64,000 nt of DNA from an uncultured delta proteobacterium. GTDB lineage: Bacteria > Desulfobacterota > Desulfobacteria > Desulfobacterales > JAFDCJ01. The stretch's first letter is position 1, and every line of letters starts with the position of its first letter. The stretch lies in NCBI GenBank assembly GCA_963769935.1, contig CAVYNY010000022.1:480001-544000 (forward strand), read 5' to 3'. Below the pieces are notes generated by a model. That model saw nothing but the letters and a program-made list of their open reading frames with translations, was not told the origin of the DNA and did no database searches. Made by a program: the position numbers and the translations under genes. Below, piece by piece: positions 44,201-54,003 of the stretch.

Positions 44201-46518
44201 GAGAACATGCGGCACTCGGGCGCCAGCGGCGTGGCCAGGATGCAGTCGAAAAATATGCCCTTGTTGCTGACCCTCAGCCGGCCGTCCGGCAGGTCGGCGG
44301 GAAAATAATTCCGGACCAATTCCGGAATATCATGCAGCGCGCCGCGGGCGTTCGTCGTCAAAGACCAGGTCTTACTACTGCTGTCAACCTCTACTCGAAT
44401 CCCGGATAAGGCGAGTTCGAAAACAGGCTGGTGTCCGGCGAGCGGATTCAGAGACACCCGCATCGGGCTTGGCTCGCGAAAGATAAATCCGAGCCTGTTA
44501 TTTTCATCGTCCGAAGATAGCTGGAGGTCGAAATCAGACGCGAACAAGGACCGCCCGATCGTGATCCGCCCGGATCCGGCGACGGCAATCCCTAAACTGG
44601 ATTGGCCGTCGTCGCGGACCGCTTGCGCCAGCGATATTGTGAAACTGGACAGGCTCAATGAAGCCGTATCGTCTATGGATAACAACACCGGTGCCGGCGT
44701 CGCGCTCCAAGAGAAACTCATCGTCCGGCTTGCATCGCCAACCGAGAAGTCCGCCGCAAGGTTCATATCGTAGTCAAAAAGCTGCGCGGCGAGATTTCCC
44801 CGGGCCTGCCATTGGCCGCCGGCGGCGAGCTCAAACCTCAGTGAAAAATCACCGAATGCAAGGCCTTGCGCCGGCTGTCCGGGGCCTTGGCCGGTAAGCT
44901 GGATGAAACCGTCGATTTCACTCTCGGCATTTTTCCGGCTAAGCCCGATGGTGACATCGGTAATATTCATGCCGCCGCCGGCCGGAAACTCCCATGTCCC
45001 GGATGACCGGCCGCTGATGGAAAACGCGCCGGTCGCAGGTGCGGCGGTCAGCCCCACATCGAAGAGCTCGGCGTCCGGCAGGGCGGTGGGAAGAGAGATC
45101 CCGGTTAGAAACTCCCTGACGAGCACCGCCAAATTTATATGTGGGATGACACCGCTGAAGGCAACCGCATCAGACAGCTCAGCGCTTATTGCGACCTCAA
45201 CGCCTTGCACCTTCGCGAGGCCGCTCACGCTTGCAGCTGTCGTCGCACGTTGGCCGGCGCCCGTGTGAGCGAGCTGCAGCGCCATGTTGCCGATCGTTAA
45301 TTTGGCCGCGCCCAGGTCAATCTCCCAGGCATCGGCGACTTCACCATACACCGTCAGACTCCCGGCTCCGATATCGGCGGAAACTGCGAAGCCGGAAATC
45401 TTCAGGCTGGGCAGCCAAGGCGCTTCGGCCCAGAAATGTTTGATCAGGCCGGCAACATCAATCTGACCGCGGGTCAACTGGCCCGAAAGACGAAACCCTG
45501 GGATCCCGATAAACACCTCGACCGTGGTACCGGCTATCTGCACGGCACCGGAAACCGAAACCAAAGCGGGAACGCCGGACTCGGCATCAAAGCTGATCTC
45601 TACGCCGGTGATGGCGAATCCGTCCAATCCCAGGTTTTTAATCGTCTGTTGAAATGTTGGGCTCATATCTGCCGCGCCAACCAGGGCCGCCAAATCATCA
45701 AGGGCCGGCAAGCCTTGGCCGGTGTCCGGCAGAATTTCGGCAACGGCGTCACCGATACCGCCCAGGTTGCGAAAAGCCACGACATAGCCGCCGCTGCCGA
45801 TACGTACGTCGGCCCGCAAACTGAAAGCCAAGCCGGATTGCGGCGTCTTGGTCGACGATGCGCAGTGCATCACGGATATGCCGGCGGAACGCAGATTCAC
45901 GGCGGGCAGACCCTGCAAGATCGTTAGCCGGCCTGCCAGGGCCAGTTCGCATGAGAGATAGCATTGGGGTTCCGAGCCCAGGCCGAGCTCCAAAGTAAAA
46001 TCTTCGATGGCGGTTGGGTCTGCGACAGGCAGTCCGATACGCTGCAGCGTTAACCAGGCGGATGCGCTCGACCCACCGGCCCATGCTACCAGTTGCGTCA
46101 GGCCGACATGCTGCTTTTCATCTGTCACCCTCAAGACCCAGGTGTCCTGCTCTGAAAGGCTGCCTCGGACAGGCCAGCGGGACCCGCCGACAGTAATTGC
46201 CCCATCTAGTTGAGCATCGACCTTGAGAGCCGTATCTGCCGCTTCCGTAATAATCAGGCTGACAGCGGTTGGTTTTAAACCTGATTCCGAAATCCCCGGC
46301 ATGGGCCAACTTCCGTCGATACTTCCGCTTACGCAAAGAACCGGCGGCGCCGATTTCTCGTCCAATACCAACTCAGCCTGATGGATCACGAGCTGCGGTT
46401 CGGGCAGGTCGTCCAAAACATACAGGATTTCTGCGGGCACCCCCGAGTTCTTATTCAGCGTGAGTGTACGATCTTCAGTGCTGTTTGCCAGGTTGCGATA
46501 GAGTTGCTGCAGGCTCAT
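41206..46518 (-). CDS. Very large (1770 aa) beta-strand-rich hypothetical protein with helical C-terminal region
   Basis: Uninterrupted 5.3-kb ORF; alternating hydrophobic/polar strand pattern; no signal peptide. Confidence 0.8.
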   Translation of the reverse strand: MSLQQLYRNLANSTEDRTLTLNKNSGVPAEILYVLDDLPEPQLVIHQAELVLDEKSAPPVLCVSGSIDGSWPMPGISESGLKPTAVSLIITEAADTALKVDAQLDGAITVGGSRWPVRGSLSEQDTWVLRVTDEKQHVGLTQLVAWAGGSSASAWLTLQRIGLPVADPTAIEDFTLELGLGSEPQCYLSCELALAGRLTILQGLPAVNLRSAGISVMHCASSTKTPQSGLAFSLRADVRIGSGGYVVAFRNLGGIGDAVAEILPDTGQGLPALDDLAALVGAADMSPTFQQTIKNLGLDGFAITGVEISFDAESGVPALVSVSGAVQIAGTTVEVFIGIPGFRLSGQLTRGQIDVAGLIKHFWAEAPWLPSLKISGFAVSADIGAGSLTVYGEVADAWEIDLGAAKLTIGNMALQLAHTGAGQRATTAASVSGLAKVQGVEVAISAELSDAVAFSGVIPHINLAVLVREFLTGISLPTALPDAELFDVGLTAAPATGAFSISGRSSGTWEFPAGGGMNITDVTIGLSRKNAESEIDGFIQLTGQGPGQPAQGLAFGDFSLRFELAAGGQWQARGNLAAQLFDYDMNLAADFSVGDASRTMSFSWSATPAPVLLSIDDTASLSLSSFTISLAQAVRDDGQSSLGIAVAGSGRITIGRSLFASDFDLQLSSDDENNRLGFIFREPSPMRVSLNPLAGHQPVFELALSGIRVEVDSSSKTWSLTTNARGALHDIPELVRNYFPADLPDGRLRVSNKGIFFDCILATPLAPECRMFSAEVEGREFLPKISITKIGASLGEAPEIRGTLHVELPPQLNYFLGTDPNTGKPNFEFLNPDFDLALSLGKGLSLALANGTSPFRALNYKTDAKGDFLDWNFGEFGIFRVDIPTLTFEGDAWIGTSGVELPSPLKLPLMPVKYILGRLDFPSSLLGYLPESVPVEVFDFTDLAGSLEKFLGRNTVAQIKKDKLLAEPLADFETLSKQFKMIIDRLPADFEGYLQIPDIKELRLKFGASPGGGPIIGLHTDDGHPLKVMLPWFAGVPPGFLGVTLRSLDVGQTVGGAVLVKIDGVIDQFDLISLVVAGTGIIAQEQARGLKNEITLGETTLVLWPALPVPIPLTYDTLNWNYQAWTGFRLLADWHLQEQSNLFAVIGSLIPFFSNPDAKLHDPPNEKNFALDLTIGPNYIALPDYLGGAVLGLQKALPTMDLAYGIKCFLDAMKFGNAGYLIQAIPLRNPQTDGFIRIGSQKGGAAFGPLRFEAALGWCITTEDEFRNKIVPDKDAQKLLGELNADAVLDNLPAKSGPAYDKGFIVLLMARGGLAGILEYGTNFGMAVTGGGGFATRLMMDGRIAGRISLRLCGLVKVSQQGVTTVEGDCSLTFDKTELIGSTQTITVTDHSFELEAELRLLDAAVLAGDFYIGQDQVYLKGTFSWGYAKGQTPTGATDIFARFNGTGFEIGVGTAGLFGTHCAEVVLYLDVDKPTPLGARARLDDVSGLNAKLGLSIERYQGEIDRAAADAQNIMNQALADFQSNIGGFNDLRRKLPGYLKDLRTATIPGIITARVKSAYRGLTWWQKLAVKESDIRKAAQAFFQQHFAPRIKRLEDGLNNITGGDETARNAQTRALLQQMLQAVIDMGDIKYTYRKTVGKTFSKTITIPDPVKPFRNQLQDLQSAIGRLPASWSQAQAAGADYAVKDKIRQGLDEVVLNLDKQIPRIESVRLDLPIVFTAPSVEAYVMMQYAGKSRLLDPVRLDLGNPVKSIDSITEAFARLLASDGR

Positions 46519-46631
46519 GCGAACACCCTTGACTTTCGGATACTGCCGGCATCAGGCCATGACCGGACAGCGCAAGGATGGGATTAGCCTTATGCCGCGA
46601 TCGTATCGCCCGGATCGTCCGATGCGTCGGT

Positions 46632-47651
46632 TTATACAGCTTTGACCGTTTGGGCCAGCCATCCTTTGTACCATTCTTTCTCTTTCTTGTTCGGGTCATT
46701 AATTTTAGAACTGATACAATCCACATCCATCCCGGCATCGAGCGCAGGTCTAGAAAGCTGTTGATTTTCCGGAATCGTTTTTCGCAAATCAGCGTCAAAC
46801 ATAGGAAGAAGTTTTTCCAGGCTATTCATGTCATCGCCGTAAAAAGCCCTGACACAAATCTCCAATCCCTGCCGGCGACTCTTGACTTGATCGTTTGGCG
46901 GCGTATCGCATAGGCGCACCGCTTGTTCGACGAGGGCTTTTACTGCTTTGAACTGCTCTTCGTACTGCGGAAAAACCCCAATTTCGAGATTGTAAGGTTT
47001 GGCAGCGCCAAACAGGATTGCGAAATACTCGGCGAAGCCTTCGGCAAAAAAAGAGCTTGCGGACAAATTGCCGCGGCTTTCAAATGCATGAAAAATTTCG
47101 TGAAAGAGCGCATCGCGAAAGCCCTGTTGATGGGTATTGAGGAAGATCCCGTCGTCAGTATTGAACAATCCTATGGATTCATTGAAGATAACCTCGGCGA
47201 CATATTCTTCGAAGATCCAGTACTGCCAGCGAGACGGCCATCGCGAGGCATCCCCGTCGTAAAACCCCTGATAGATGCTCTTTTCGGTAAACTCTTTAAA
47301 CCCGCCCGGTATGCTCAGCCGGCCCCAGGTATCGATCCATCTATTCCATACCTGCGAGACGACAATACGGATGGACTTGTCTCCGATTTCGCGCACGAAT
47401 CGATAGGGATTTCCAAGCAGAAAAATAGAGGGACATTTATCCGCAGGATCTTTTTGGTAGCGGGGTCCTTCGTAATACTTTAATGCCGGCGCTTTGGTCA
47501 CCCCATAGCGGCTCAAAAAGGTCCTGGCATTTTTGACAAAGGTGCGTGGGTCGATGCCTTCGAGTTTGCCGAGCTCTTCAATCAAGGGGTAGGGGCTTGC
47601 CGCCGGCAAGTTGGCTGCTTTTTTAAATTCGAACTTCGTGCCCCCGTACAT
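46632..47651 (-). CDS. Putative zinc metallopeptidase (gluzincin-like)
   Basis: FHEIFHAFE followed by FAEGFAEY. Confidence 0.65.
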   Translation of the reverse strand: MYGGTKFEFKKAANLPAASPYPLIEELGKLEGIDPRTFVKNARTFLSRYGVTKAPALKYYEGPRYQKDPADKCPSIFLLGNPYRFVREIGDKSIRIVVSQVWNRWIDTWGRLSIPGGFKEFTEKSIYQGFYDGDASRWPSRWQYWIFEEYVAEVIFNESIGLFNTDDGIFLNTHQQGFRDALFHEIFHAFESRGNLSASSFFAEGFAEYFAILFGAAKPYNLEIGVFPQYEEQFKAVKALVEQAVRLCDTPPNDQVKSRRQGLEICVRAFYGDDMNSLEKLLPMFDADLRKTIPENQQLSRPALDAGMDVDCISSKINDPNKKEKEWYKGWLAQTVKAV

Positions 47652-47690
47652 CGTCCACGTACCTCTTTATGCTTGAAATCAGCAGCAAAT

Positions 47691-47716
47691 TCGGCCCCTT
47701 CCGGGGCTGATTTTTA
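47691..47716. terminator. Hairpin with A/T tails, probable intrinsic terminator
   Basis: tcggcccc-ttcc-ggggctga-ttttt. Confidence 0.45.
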
Positions 47717-47942
47717 TCTGCGATTATACGGATAAACTCGCTGTATCGGCATCCGCCGGTCTCGTATTTCTTTAATTTCTTCAGTGTGCCGGATTATTTT
47801 GCCATCTGTTTTTTTTGAAGCATTTAAATATATTTCCCCGTCTAGCCGATGTCAATTTACTATTGATTCAAGCATTTTTCCGAATCGAAGATGGAAAAAA
47901 CAGCAAATCGAGCTGCCGGCGAGCCGGTTTGCAACATTTTTA

Positions 47943-49035
47943 TCATTCCTTGTCAATGATGGCGGGTTCTCCGTTTTGTTCGTCGGCGGACACCCATGTC
48001 TTCAAAAGGGTATAGGCGACTGCCAGCACCACCGGCCCGATGAAGAGCCCGATGATGCCGAATGCTATCAGGCCGCCGATAACACCGGCAAAAATCAGCA
48101 GCAGCGGCAGGTCGGCCCCTCTCCTGATCAGTGCCGGCCGCAAAAAGTTATCCAGGATAACGACGGGCAGCGACCAGATCAGCAGGACAGTCCCCCCGAA
48201 GGTATCGCCCCTCCAGTACAGCAAGATGATTGAGGGCACCAGCACTAGGCCCGGGCCGAGCTGGGCCACGCAGAGTATAAACATAACGGCTGTAAGGACG
48301 GCGGCCGCCGGCACGCCGGCGACGGCCAACCCAATTCCGCCAAGGACGGCTTGGATGATGGCCGTGAGGGCGACACCGAGAGCCACCCCCCGGACAGCCT
48401 TGGCGGCGAGAACGGCAGCCTCCTCTCCCTTTTGCCCCGCCAGGCGGCGGGCAAAACTTTTTACGCCGGTTGCCGCTGCATCGCCATTGGCATACAGGAT
48501 GGCTGCAATAACCACTGTCAGCAGGAATTGGAGAATCATCATCCCGGCACTGCCGGCCTGGGAAACGAACCAGCCTACGACCTTGCCCGCATAAGGTGCA
48601 AGCCGCGCGGACAGGTCCTCCGGACGGAGTGCAGCGAGATCCTGCCAGCGATCAACAAGTTTTGCGCCGATCAGCGGGATGCCCGCAATCCACTGCGGTG
48701 GCGGCGGAACGGTAATGGATGCCAGCGACTTGACCCAGCCCACGATTTCATCCGCCTTGTCAACGATGGTGACAACGGCGAGCGAGAAAGGCACGACCAG
48801 CACCAGCAGCAGCACCCCCGTCATTACCGCCGCGGCAAACCTGCGTTTGCCCCAAAGAAGTTTCTGCAGGTCCAGCAGAAGGGGCCAAAGTGGCCACGAC
48901 GATCGTGGCTGCCCAGACAAACGGGGTGAGGAAGGGGTGAACCAGCCAGAAGCTGGCCAGGATAAGTACGCTGATAAACAGTACCGCCAGAGTCGTGCGG
49001 GTGACATCAAATGGGGCGCTGATCTTTATATTCAT
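47943..49035 (-). CDS. ydiK: AI-2E family transporter (YdiK-like); apparent frameshift near 48888
   Basis: DVTRTTLAVLFI, LDNFLRP.LI, GVIGGLIAFGIIGLFIGPV. Confidence 0.85.
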
Positions 49036-49059
49036 TATCGGTTACCCCCTCTCATTTTT

Positions 49060-49177
49060 CCACTATTCCAATATTTCATGGGTTACTTGACGGACAAAAC
49101 CACCTCGCTCTCCGAGCTGTAAGCTCTACGAGCCGGAAGCTGGGATGAAGTCAAAGTCTGGCCCTCGGGGTCAGGTT
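49060..49177. repeat. Dispersed ~120-bp repeat copy B
   Basis: Aligns with 21354-21472 (tacttgacgg..aaaaccacc.cgctctccgagctgtaagctct.cgagccggaagctgg). Confidence 0.8.
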
Positions 49178-49667
49178 GCTTCATTTTCTTATATTTTTTT
49201 CTTTTCAATTCAATCTATCTGCTTGCGTATAAAGAAACATAGCGGTAATTAGACACCTGATATCGTTATTTTTCAGGGCGGAGTAATTAGCCGCTATTTA
49301 ATCATTGCGCATGTAAAACTGTTTCTTTTAGAAAGATTAGCCACGGAGCCATCCGGCAATTTTTTCCTCGGCGCCGCCGGCCGGATAAGATCGGATAAAA
49401 GCTGTCATTACTTCTACCGATTTCAATATCAATTATGATTTATTTAATCAATCCCGGTTCGGGAATATAAGCAAATACCGGAAAAAAAGACAGCTGGTGC
49501 AATCATGGCGAATATGTCACAACCCGGAAGCAGGATGCTTTAATCTCCATTAGGGTCTAACTCCCCGCCGCCTGCTGCGATAGAATCGACAACGTCATTT
49601 GACAGATAACACGCAGACTGCCGGGAGGAGGCTCATTGGGACGGTTCAGCAGGAAAGGTAGCAATCC

Positions 49668-50492
49668 ATGCCGGTTATTTTTATCTCACGGGGGACCATG
49701 TCCGGTGTTCGTTTGCTGGTGGACTGCCTTCGCAATCGCACGGGAATTCGCTGCATTTCTCGTGAAGATCTGGAAAAAATAGTCAATCGACAGGGGGAGC
49801 TGGCCACACGGGTCCTGGAAAAGCTCGCCAAGGCCACCTCGGCTTACGACCAATTCAGCGAACTGCGATGGCCGTATATGGTACTCATGCGCGAAGCGCT
49901 GCTGGAGGAAATCCGAGCCGATAATATATTGTATCACGGATATTCAGGTCATCTGCTTTTGCCGGTCCTCCGACATTTTGTCAGAGTCCGCATCGAAGCG
50001 CCGTTCGACCTGCGGGTTAAAATGACCATGCAGCGGTTGGAATGCGACGAGACGAAGGCTCGCGATTACATTTTTGAAGCCGACGATCATCGTGTCAGGT
50101 GGGCGAGATTCATGTATGGCCAGGATATATGCAATACCCTGCTCTATGATCTCCACTTGAACCAGGAGCGTGTGACGATGGAGACGGCGTGCGGTATCCT
50201 CGAACACATCATGGCTGCCAAAGATTTTCAAGCCTCCATCGAGTCTCAAAGCGAGGTGGAGCGGCTGTACCTGGCGGTCCGCGTCGAAGCGGCCCTGGTC
50301 ACCGACCCGCGTACGCAGGCCTTCGAAATAAGCGCTGCAGTCCAAAACAACGGAATTCGCCTGACGGGACCCTATCTCGATGACGCGGAGCTTGCGGCGG
50401 TTAAAGAGATCGCCCTGAGGGTTGCCGGGGTCGAAAAGGTGCAATACAGCCCGGGCTATGCTTCCAAGCTTGAGTTAAACAATTATTACTGA
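49668..50492 (+). CDS. Cytidylate kinase-like family protein with C-terminal BON-like domain
   Basis: VIFISRGTMSG, VRVRIEAP...RV, YDL.LN, terminal V.GV..V. Confidence 0.75.
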   Translation: MPVIFISRGTMSGVRLLVDCLRNRTGIRCISREDLEKIVNRQGELATRVLEKLAKATSAYDQFSELRWPYMVLMREALLEEIRADNILYHGYSGHLLLPVLRHFVRVRIEAPFDLRVKMTMQRLECDETKARDYIFEADDHRVRWARFMYGQDICNTLLYDLHLNQERVTMETACGILEHIMAAKDFQASIESQSEVERLYLAVRVEAALVTDPRTQAFEISAAVQNNGIRLTGPYLDDAELAAVKEIALRVAGVEKVQYSPGYASKLELNNYY

Positions 50493-50506
50493 AGAAGGAG
50501 CATGCA

Positions 50507-51217
50507 ATGGATGAAGACACCTTTCGAGAGAAGATTGCTGCTGTTTTGGATGATATCCACTTGCAGCTGGTCCGGTCGCTGAATTTTCAGGCAGAAGGCA
50601 CCGAGATCGACAGGAACATACGTGATTTGGAAAAACAGCACACTGAAGCGGCCTCGGGTTTGCTGGAATCTACCGCTGTAACCAATACACTCGCCGGGCA
50701 GCGAACCGACATGGCCAAGGAGCGCACCGCGCTCGTCCGTGAACAAACCCGCCTTTCCACGAAATCCACGGAGCTCGCCACCATTCGCACCGAGATGTCG
50801 CGCGAGCGATCCTCTCTGGCAGGTCAAAGGACGGACCTGGCGGTTTTGCGTACCGATTTCTCACGGTCCCGGACAAGTTTGGCCGATCAGCGCACAAAGA
50901 TGGCCGGCAATCGCACCCGGTTTTCGGAGAAGCGCACCAGACTGGCGGGCACGCGCACGATTTTTTCTAATATGCGCACGGAACTGGCTCACGGCAGGAC
51001 CTATTTAGCGCTCGTTCGCACCGGCTTGACCTTTTTGACACTGAGCATCGCGTTGTTTCGCATGTTCGGCCTTTCCTGGTGGTCTGTGTTCGACGGCGTC
51101 CTGGCGCTTGGGAGTCTGACCATGACCGTGGTTGGATTGACGGGTTATTGGCATTCGTTTCGTGCCGTGAGGGCCCTCGAAGGCAGGGTTTCTGGTGATG
51201 AAGAGGCGGCGGCCTGA
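50507..51217 (+). CDS. DUF202/YidH-like membrane protein with expanded RTxLAxx heptad repeats
   Basis: About 15 RT..A/S heptads ending RTYLALVRTGL, then two TMs. Confidence 0.7.
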   Translation: MDEDTFREKIAAVLDDIHLQLVRSLNFQAEGTEIDRNIRDLEKQHTEAASGLLESTAVTNTLAGQRTDMAKERTALVREQTRLSTKSTELATIRTEMSRERSSLAGQRTDLAVLRTDFSRSRTSLADQRTKMAGNRTRFSEKRTRLAGTRTIFSNMRTELAHGRTYLALVRTGLTFLTLSIALFRMFGLSWWSVFDGVLALGSLTMTVVGLTGYWHSFRAVRALEGRVSGDEEAAA

Positions 51218-51348
51218 CCAAGCGGCAATTTTCGTCTGATGATTTTCATTACAACGGCTAAATTCAAGAAAATATTTTATGCAACTTTAGGCTTTATTGA
51301 AGAATACCAGCCCGACCTGCGGACCGTAAGGGCAACGGACAGGATTCT

Positions 51349-54003
51349 TTACTGGCAGATATCTTTTTGATCCACGTTGTAGGGCGTCGTCATATCGAAC
51401 CAGGTGTCGGAAGGCTTGGTAAAAAGTTCCTTATTGTTCCGCTGCAGCTGGAGGCGGTCACTCTCGTCCATCTTGGCACGATAGAGGGTTTTTACGGTTT
51501 TTACATCTTCGATCGACAGATTTTTCACATCGCGCAGGTCGGCGCACCTCAGGTCCGCACCCGTCAATTTTGCATTATTGAAATCAGCCCCCTTAAAATC
51601 TGCCAATCCTAATTGCGCGTCCCTCAGATCCGCATCACCCAGGTTGGCATCCGTCAGAACGGCTTCACGAAAGTCGGCGCCGTGAAAATTCCCCTGCCTC
51701 AGATCGGCGAGTTCCAGGTTGGCACCGCGCAAGTCGGCTTTTCGAAAATCCGACTCCCGCAGCCTGGCGCCGCGCATTTCCGAATTGCGCAAATTGGCTT
51801 TGACCACAAACGCCTGATATATGTCGGCATACCGGAGATCCGTTTTTTGCAATAGGGCGCCTTCAATAGCGTTCAGGCGGTCTGATTCAGATTTTATCAA
51901 CCAGTAATTGTCCGGCAATTTAGAGACTTGCTGTTCCTTGAAGTCGAAAAATACATCGTAGCCGATCTTATGAAACAGCCATGGTACCAGGGCATGAACA
52001 TCTCCATACTTCTTAAGGTGGCGTTCGGGGGTTCCCTTGAAAACACCCAAAGACAGGGTCCAGACGGCCAGTGCGACCAGCACCACACAAATGATCCCGG
52101 AAATCTTTACCTGCTGTCTTAAACGCATGGTCCCCTGGCCTCCGGGTCTGGAGGAGCGGTAAAAAAGGACCGCCATCAAGATGGAAAGGGTTATAAAAAC
52201 GATGTGAAAAGCGGTGACCGTCCAGTCGCGCCGCAACAAATAATGCACCCACAATCCGATGAATACCGCCGGTACCGTAATCCAGGCCAGCACCTTCAGA
52301 CTCGCTATTTCCAGCCAGGCCGTCCAGGATCTGTTACCCGTAAATGCTTTCGGCTGGGATGACAATATCAGCACGAGACGCTGCAAGTGGAAAAGAAACC
52401 AGGCATAAATGCTGGTCATCACCAGCGGGGATACCAGGTAGAGCAGGTTGGTGGACATCCTGGTACCGATAATCGGCAGAGAAGTCGAATTGGTGGCCAA
52501 CGATACATCATCGGTGGTTGCGATCACCAGCCAGCCGTAAATGCACGCATAGACACAAACCAGAAAAGAGATGATGAACATCTTGTTCGTCTTTTGTTTC
52601 TTAACACTTTGTTCCAGGAAACCCATGGCCAGGTTGAACTTCGTGTCGTAGCGGCCGGCCCATTCGACACTGGGTTGTTGCTGCCGCTGCCAGTCCAGGG
52701 CCACCTGCAGGTCGGCTTCCTTGTACAGGCCTGCTTTGCCGCCGGCGTTCAGTTCGGCACTTTGAGCCAGTCTTTGGTATATCCGGGCGGACTCGGCTTC
52801 CTGGTCCACCCAATCGGCCAGGGTTTTCCACTGCCGAATCAGGCTTTCGTGGGAGATATCCACCAGCGGGTCATCGGTGGAGGTTCGATATGAAAGCACC
52901 AGAAAGTTACGGTTCTCGGCATTGAAACGCTTGATCAGCGACATGATTGTTTCCGGCACCACCTTTTTGCCGCAGATGGCTGCGATCTGGCTCAGATGGG
53001 CGGGCCGCCGGATGCGCCGGTTGGAGGCATCGGTCTCGGTGAGGGCCTGAAACATGCGCCTTGCGATCAGGCGGTATTCCTCATCCAGATCTTTCAGCGC
53101 TTCGTCCGCATGCAAACACAGTGAATTTTTAAGGGTACCCGATCTTTCGTAATGGTCGAGATCGATCGCTCCCCGGCCGCCGTCTTCGGCCCATACATTC
53201 CACGTCCGCATGAGCACGTGTTGCAGCACCGGCAGGTCGTCCCGGGTGTCGAGGCTTTCGTTCAGCAGACGGTCCATGAGGCGGGAGGTAATATCGGCCC
53301 CGGCCAGCCGGATGGGGCCAAGGAAGGCTTCCCGGCGTTGTTGGCGGGTCAGACGCGGAACTAAATACTGACTGTTGTTCATGGCTTCCGGCAGCCCCTG
53401 GAAGGCGTCACATTCGCCCAGAAAATCCGACCGCATGGTCAGTACGACATAAATGGGAACCACGGTCTGTTCCGCCAGATACAGCAAGATGGAAACGAAA
53501 TCAGCCGACTCCTCCCGCACCCGGGTCGTTCTGGCCTGCTGAAAGCGAAACAACTCTTCAAACTGATCCACCACGATCAACAGGTTGCTGTCCTCACCAT
53601 TGCGAGTAGACTGAGCCAGCTCGATAAGCGCTTGCGCCCCCCGGCGTTGAACCGTTTCCATTAAGGATTCGACGGCAGCAGAGAGATTTGGAGACTCAGT
53701 CAGGGAAGCTACGGACGCGACCAGATGGTAAAGCGGCGCATCGCCCGGCTTGAAGGTCGCGATTTCCCACAAATCCCGGTCCTGCACCAGAAAACCCGCT
53801 TCCAGGTTGGGAATGAGTCCCGCCCGCACCAAAGAGGACTTGCCGCAGCCGGAACTGCCCACCACGGCCACAAATCGATGCGCGTACAATTGCCTCAGAA
53901 GGGCGTGGGTTTGTTCCTTGCGCCCGAAATAGTAAATGCTGTCTCGGCTTTCAAAGGGCCGCAGACCGACAAATGGGTTATGCACGGCGGCAGCGCGATT
54001 CAT
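51349..54003 (-). CDS. nSTAND1-type NTPase fused to multi-TM region and pentapeptide repeats
   Basis: NPFVGLRPF, GSSGCGKSSL, VDQFEELF, MRSDF, LPVLQH, SHESLIRQW; about 5-6 TM; A(D/N)LxxA repeats. Confidence 0.88.
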   Translation of the reverse strand: MNRAAAVHNPFVGLRPFESRDSIYYFGRKEQTHALLRQLYAHRFVAVVGSSGCGKSSLVRAGLIPNLEAGFLVQDRDLWEIATFKPGDAPLYHLVASVASLTESPNLSAAVESLMETVQRRGAQALIELAQSTRNGEDSNLLIVVDQFEELFRFQQARTTRVREESADFVSILLYLAEQTVVPIYVVLTMRSDFLGECDAFQGLPEAMNNSQYLVPRLTRQQRREAFLGPIRLAGADITSRLMDRLLNESLDTRDDLPVLQHVLMRTWNVWAEDGGRGAIDLDHYERSGTLKNSLCLHADEALKDLDEEYRLIARRMFQALTETDASNRRIRRPAHLSQIAAICGKKVVPETIMSLIKRFNAENRNFLVLSYRTSTDDPLVDISHESLIRQWKTLADWVDQEAESARIYQRLAQSAELNAGGKAGLYKEADLQVALDWQRQQQPSVEWAGRYDTKFNLAMGFLEQSVKKQKTNKMFIISFLVCVYACIYGWLVIATTDDVSLATNSTSLPIIGTRMSTNLLYLVSPLVMTSIYAWFLFHLQRLVLILSSQPKAFTGNRSWTAWLEIASLKVLAWITVPAVFIGLWVHYLLRRDWTVTAFHIVFITLSILMAVLFYRSSRPGGQGTMRLRQQVKISGIICVVLVALAVWTLSLGVFKGTPERHLKKYGDVHALVPWLFHKIGYDVFFDFKEQQVSKLPDNYWLIKSESDRLNAIEGALLQKTDLRYADIYQAFVVKANLRNSEMRGARLRESDFRKADLRGANLELADLRQGNFHGADFREAVLTDANLGDADLRDAQLGLADFKGADFNNAKLTGADLRCADLRDVKNLSIEDVKTVKTLYRAKMDESDRLQLQRNNKELFTKPSDTWFDMTTPYNVDQKDICQ

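Noticed and set aside
47745..47805. c-di-GMP-I riboswitch upstream of the peptidase gene
   Set aside because: Only GGCA(A/C)A and TGCC fragments; core GAAA stem and CGCAAAG absent
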